The position numbers and the translations under genes were made by a program. Shown here piece by piece: positions 60,046 to 64,000 of a stretch of 64,000 nt of DNA. Below the pieces are notes generated by a model that did not search any database, was not told where the DNA came from, and saw only the letters and a program-made list of their open reading frames with translations. Numbering within the stretch: the stretch's first letter is position 1; every line of letters begins with the position of its first letter. The stretch lies in sequence record MT586120.1; one strand, 5' to 3'.

Positions 60046-60794
60046 AACCAGTAAAAGCCGCAGACCTACTCCGCCTTGACCCACTACAAAAGGTAGAGAT
60101 GCTTCGCAACACCCCCAATCCACAACAAATGGTTTATATGGGTGGTAAGAATGATTACAGTGAGCTTCCAATTGAAGATACCACCATTCCTTTTGAGAAA
60201 GACGCTGGTGAATGGGTAATCAAACAGCTTCTAGCAAATGAGCGAGGACATTGGGGTCCATTAGAGCACCCAGCAATCTCATTCAGTTGCTCTGGTTTCG
60301 TACATAACGTAATTGTTCAGGCACGTACTCATCGTGTAGGTATTAGCTTTGATGTTCAATCACAACGTTATACCTGTAAGCGTGTTCTCAAAGTAGCATC
60401 AGGCGAGCTTCTGCCCCAGAAGGTCTTCTATGTACGCCCTCCTGGCTTCTACACCAACCGAAAGGGTAAGAAGTATGAATGGACCCCTGATGACTATGAG
60501 ACCCAGCTAGGGCTCTGTCGGGCTGCCTCACAGCGCTTCGCTACACAGTTTGAGAATGGCGTATCAGAAGAGCACGCTAGGGACTATCTTCCCCAGAACA
60601 TCCGTCAAAACTTCGTGGTTACATTCAGTCTCCGCGCACTACTTCACTTCCTTGATCTACGAGCCAAGCTTGACGCACAGCTAGAAATCCAGGCACTATG
60701 TGAAGCAATGGTTGAGCCAACAAAGGTATGGGTTCCCCAGATCTTTGAGTATTATGAAGAGAAGCGTCTCCACAGAGCGCGTCTTGCCCCCTAA
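60042..60794 (+). CDS. thyX: FAD-dependent thymidylate synthase
   Basis: HWGPLEH, QARTHR...SFDVQSQRY, ARDYLPQ, LRALLHFLDLR...AQLEI. Confidence 0.9.
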   Translation: MKPVKAADLLRLDPLQKVEMLRNTPNPQQMVYMGGKNDYSELPIEDTTIPFEKDAGEWVIKQLLANERGHWGPLEHPAISFSCSGFVHNVIVQARTHRVGISFDVQSQRYTCKRVLKVASGELLPQKVFYVRPPGFYTNRKGKKYEWTPDDYETQLGLCRAASQRFATQFENGVSEEHARDYLPQNIRQNFVVTFSLRALLHFLDLRAKLDAQLEIQALCEAMVEPTKVWVPQIFEYYEEKRLHRARLAP

Positions 60795-60820
60795 ATAAAC
60801 TTAAGCTGAGAGGTAAAATT

Positions 60821-61066
60821 TTGGCGACATATCATGTAATTCACAAAGAGACCAAAGAAACCAAAATCATCGAGTGTAGCGTCCATGATATTATGGATTG
60901 GTATGCCGAAAACGAAGGTTGGGAAAGGAATTGGTCTTATGGATGCGCGACTACCGCATCAGAAGTCGGTGAGTGGAGAGAAAAACTAGTAGCAAGAAAT
61001 CCTGGCTGGAACGATGTTCTAGACCAAGCTTCTCGCGCTCCGGGTTCGAGGGTCAAAAAGATCTAA
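60821..61066 (+). CDS. Conserved cyanophage hypothetical protein upstream of phoH
   Basis: GAGAGGT SD and TTG start; GWNDVLDQASRAPGS. Confidence 0.7.
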   Translation: MATYHVIHKETKETKIIECSVHDIMDWYAENEGWERNWSYGCATTASEVGEWREKLVARNPGWNDVLDQASRAPGSRVKKI

Positions 61067-61112
61067 GAGCCCATTTTTTTGCTTTTCATACTGTTGTTAC
61101 TACTTAATAAAA

Positions 61113-61901
61113 ATGCCAACTAAAAGAAGTCGTAAGTCTGCTAACCCCATTGGGGTCGGTCTAACCGCAAAGCAGATGAGAAGGAAGAAGCCTATTGATC
61201 GGAATCTTCTAGCCAATGTTGAGGCTATTACAGAAAATCAGCAATTATTGTTTGATGAGTATGATAAAGGACAAAACATTGTAGCTTATGGATGTGCCGG
61301 TACTGGTAAAACATTTGTTACTTTATTCAAAGCATTAGAGGAAGTATTAGACGATAATAGCCCATATGAGAGAGTTTACATTGTAAGGTCACTTGTAGCC
61401 ACTAGAGAAATTGGTTTCCTACCAGGAGACCACGATGATAAATCAGCACTTTATCAGATTCCATATAAGAATATGGTTAAGTATATGTTTGATTTGGATT
61501 TAGAAACTATCAACTCTACTGGTCAAACCTCGCCATTCGAGATGCTCTACGGCAACCTAATGGCTCAAGAGACTCTCAAATTCTGGTCAACTTCATTCTT
61601 AAGAGGAACAACATTAGATAAAGCAATCATCATTGTAGATGAATTCCAAAACCTAAATGCTCACGAACTTGATTCTATTATGACTCGTGTTGGTGAAGAC
61701 TCCAAGATTCACTTCTGTGGAGATGCTACACAATCTGACCTAGTAAAGGCTTCAGAGCGTAGTGGTATTATGGACTTTATGTCTATCCTAGAGCGTATGC
61801 CTTCCGTAAGCAAGGTTGAGTTTGGTCTAAACGACATCGTTCGTTCTGGTCTATGTAAGGAATACTTAGTAGCCAAGCACGAATCTGGCATAGAAATCTA
61901 A
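61113..61901 (+). CDS. phoH: PhoH-family ATPase
   Basis: GCAGTGKT, REIGFLPG, FLRGTT, IIVDEFQN, GDATQSD. Confidence 0.95.
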   Translation: MPTKRSRKSANPIGVGLTAKQMRRKKPIDRNLLANVEAITENQQLLFDEYDKGQNIVAYGCAGTGKTFVTLFKALEEVLDDNSPYERVYIVRSLVATREIGFLPGDHDDKSALYQIPYKNMVKYMFDLDLETINSTGQTSPFEMLYGNLMAQETLKFWSTSFLRGTTLDKAIIIVDEFQNLNAHELDSIMTRVGEDSKIHFCGDATQSDLVKASERSGIMDFMSILERMPSVSKVEFGLNDIVRSGLCKEYLVAKHESGIEI

Positions 61902-61936
61902 TCCGTGCTATAATAAGGGTATCTTATTATTGATAG

Positions 61937-62617
61937 ATGCCTTTTACTCATAACCCAGTTGAGATACCAGAATTAACCAGAGAAACCATTGATGGGGTCA
62001 GGTACTATACTGCCCCTGATTCTGATGGTGAACTGATTAAGCTAGTATCAATTACTTCAGTGACTTCTCACTGGAGTAGAGAAGGCATTATGAAGTGGAG
62101 AGCACGTGTTGGTGAAGAAGAAGCCAACCGTGTATCTAAACGAGCAACGACCAGAGGTACAGATATGCACCTCTTAACTGAGCATTATTTACAGAATGAG
62201 CCGTTGCCTAAAGCGAAGGTTCCTATCTCACAAATCTTATTCAATACTGCAAAGCCAGCACTTAATAAGATTGATAATATTATTGTCCAAGAACAAGCAA
62301 TGTATAGCTTGCGTCTTGGTATTGCAGGAACACCTGACTGTATCGGTGATTATGATGGGGAACTTTCCATTATTGACTTTAAGACTTCTAAGTCTCCCAA
62401 GCCATTAAAGTGGGTTGAAGGATATTTTGTTCAAGCATCAGCATACGCTTGTATGTTGTATGAACTAACAGGTATCAAAGCCAAAAAACTTGTTATTATT
62501 ATGGCTTGCGAAGATGGTGAGCTTAAAGTCTATGAAGAAAGAGATGTATACAAGTGGGTTAAAAAACTTGATACTTACATTCGTAAATTTGTAAACGACA
62601 AACTAGAAAACCTATGA
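61937..62617 (+). CDS. PD-(D/E)XK exonuclease (cyanophage exonuclease A-like)
   Basis: SITSV, RGTDMH, AGTPDCI...SIIDFKTS, QASAY. Confidence 0.85.
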   Translation: MPFTHNPVEIPELTRETIDGVRYYTAPDSDGELIKLVSITSVTSHWSREGIMKWRARVGEEEANRVSKRATTRGTDMHLLTEHYLQNEPLPKAKVPISQILFNTAKPALNKIDNIIVQEQAMYSLRLGIAGTPDCIGDYDGELSIIDFKTSKSPKPLKWVEGYFVQASAYACMLYELTGIKAKKLVIIMACEDGELKVYEERDVYKWVKKLDTYIRKFVNDKLENL

Positions 62618-62880
62618 CTACCCAAAATGAATTAGAGAAGGTCTTGGATGAAAAGTTTCTCACCCCAATCAAATTTTCATATATCATTGAAAAAATCGTT
62701 CTCAGCGAAAAACTTAATTATATTGACGCAATTATTCACTATTGCGAAAAAGAGAACATTGAGGTAGAATCAGTCTCCAAGCTTATGACAAAGCCCCTCA
62801 AAGAGAAGCTTAAAGTTGATGCAACCAACCTAAACTTTATGAAGAACCTTGGTGCGAGCAAAGCTAAACTACCACTATAA
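62614..62880 (+). CDS. 33: gp33 late transcription coactivator
   Basis: LNYIDAIIHYCEKENIEVESVSKLM.KPLKEKLK.DA..LNF. Confidence 0.9.
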   Translation: MTTQNELEKVLDEKFLTPIKFSYIIEKIVLSEKLNYIDAIIHYCEKENIEVESVSKLMTKPLKEKLKVDATNLNFMKNLGASKAKLPL

Positions 62881-62915
62881 CTTACAGAATGAATAGCAGA
62901 TTACGCAGAGGAATT

Positions 62916-63506
62916 ATGTCACCGTATGATGTCTACACAACATACCTAGCAATGAAAAAGCACTTTACTGATGCTAAATTTGACTTCTTTAGATACAATG
63001 GTAAGACACGAGCCTCTGTAACTGCATTCAATAAAAGAAAAGACAAGTACTTCTTTGAACGTATGAGTCGCAAACTATCAGACGATGAAGTCAAAATGTA
63101 CTTCATCGCAAATTTTGTAGCTACTGAGAACCCATCAGCAGTTTGGGTCGGTGAAATTATGCAGAGTGGTGAGAGACACTATAAAAATCTCTCAAAAAAA
63201 TATCAAAGTATTACATACACATTCAGTCAAGAGTGCTCTACATTATTTGACGAATACACATTACCCCAACTATTTGATTCAAGTAAAGGTCACCCACCTA
63301 TAATTAAGAGGTACTTAGGAGGAGATATATCAATAGAGACTCTCACTATATTGGATATGATTTTTGGTTTCTGTGCTAAAATAGATACTAAGCTGAGTGA
63401 TCCAGTTTGGGAGACCGTCAGCTTTAAGGTAAAAAAGTACCGCCCGTTTATAAATATCGATATCACTAAATGTAAATCAATCCTAAGAGACATTATTCAT
63501 GCCTGA
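62916..63506 (+). CDS. 59: gp59 helicase loader
   Basis: YLAMKKHFT...DFFRYNGK...KRKDKYFFE; ATG 62916 preferred to 62889. Confidence 0.9.
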   Translation: MSPYDVYTTYLAMKKHFTDAKFDFFRYNGKTRASVTAFNKRKDKYFFERMSRKLSDDEVKMYFIANFVATENPSAVWVGEIMQSGERHYKNLSKKYQSITYTFSQECSTLFDEYTLPQLFDSSKGHPPIIKRYLGGDISIETLTILDMIFGFCAKIDTKLSDPVWETVSFKVKKYRPFINIDITKCKSILRDIIHA

Positions 63507-63909
63507 AGACACTTTTTTCTCATCACAAGCAGTTCTTGATTCAATTGAAGAGATTGTAGATCTTCAAAATCAGGTATTGTTATTCTCTCAATATGCTGAG
63601 TTTGCTACTATTAATGAACAGCAAGATAATCTAGACATTCTTCGTCGTCTTATGTCTAAGCAGAAGAATATGTGCTTTAGATGTACAATGACAGACTCAC
63701 CCGATGCAAAAAAACTATTAAATGAGGTCTTATCTCACTTTGAAGATTACGGACATACGGTCGATAGAGACAATCCTATGTTGGTATTTGATGAAGTTAG
63801 TGATAATCTGGACGATATTGAGTTTGAGTTAGACTTCTTCAGTAAGTATGGTAGATATCCAGATGATGAAGAACCTGGTGGCGAAACTCCACCAACAACT
63901 ATGTTTTAA
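63499..63909 (+). CDS. DUF1825-like protein
   Basis: Position after gp59; FFSSQAV...LMSKQKNMCFRCTMTDSPDAK pattern. Confidence 0.55.
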   Translation: MPEDTFFSSQAVLDSIEEIVDLQNQVLLFSQYAEFATINEQQDNLDILRRLMSKQKNMCFRCTMTDSPDAKKLLNEVLSHFEDYGHTVDRDNPMLVFDEVSDNLDDIEFELDFFSKYGRYPDDEEPGGETPPTTMF

Positions 63910-63916
63910 TTAACAA

Positions 63917-64000
63917 ACTGTCCACTAGGCTTGGCATCCTATCTATTATCTAGTATAATAAACAAGTTCAGCCAGTTATCCAATCAATCCGAACAATCCT
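63917..64000 (+). promoter_or_regulatory. Early-type promoter and A/C-rich leader, probably of gene 32 (outside the window)
   Basis: ACTGTCCAC 63917, TATAAT 63954-63959, then repeated ATCC units; gene 32 usually follows this block. Confidence 0.5.

Noticed and set aside
61937-62617. Cas4/CRISPR role for the PD-(D/E)XK nuclease
   Set aside because: Sits in the standard phoH-exonuclease-33-59 block and lacks a Cys cluster.

Overview
64 kb from a large T4-like marine cyanomyovirus (Kyanoviridae-type), judged from cpeT, hli, def, phoH, thyX, gp33, gp59 and TATAAATA late promoters. All credible genes are on the + strand. Layout: lysis/AMG genes (1-4.6 kb), a structured RNA and a nucleotide-sugar/glycosyltransferase cluster (4.6-13.4 kb), collagen-like and fibre genes (13.4-25.7 kb), small conserved genes (25.7-31 kb), a 4168-aa giant adhesin plus four more fibre proteins, three with S74 chaperones (31-57.3 kb), and core replication/transcription genes (57.4-64 kb). 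Top observations: (1) a textbook-looking -1 ribosomal frameshift signal joining a C39-like peptidase to a start-less GH24 lysozyme; (2) the giant protein's repeats are half-modules that nest like balanced parentheses, inside split helical domains, inside a split beta-helix; (3) a probable GDP-colitose pathway next to Thr-rich collagen fibres; (4) several non-coding RNA units (pseudoknot array, tandem glutamine-riboswitch-like RNA, two ORF-less promoter-terminator units); (5) a foreign-looking gene flanked by exact 24-nt terminator repeats. All family calls are by motif recognition from memory; no database searches or folding programs were run.
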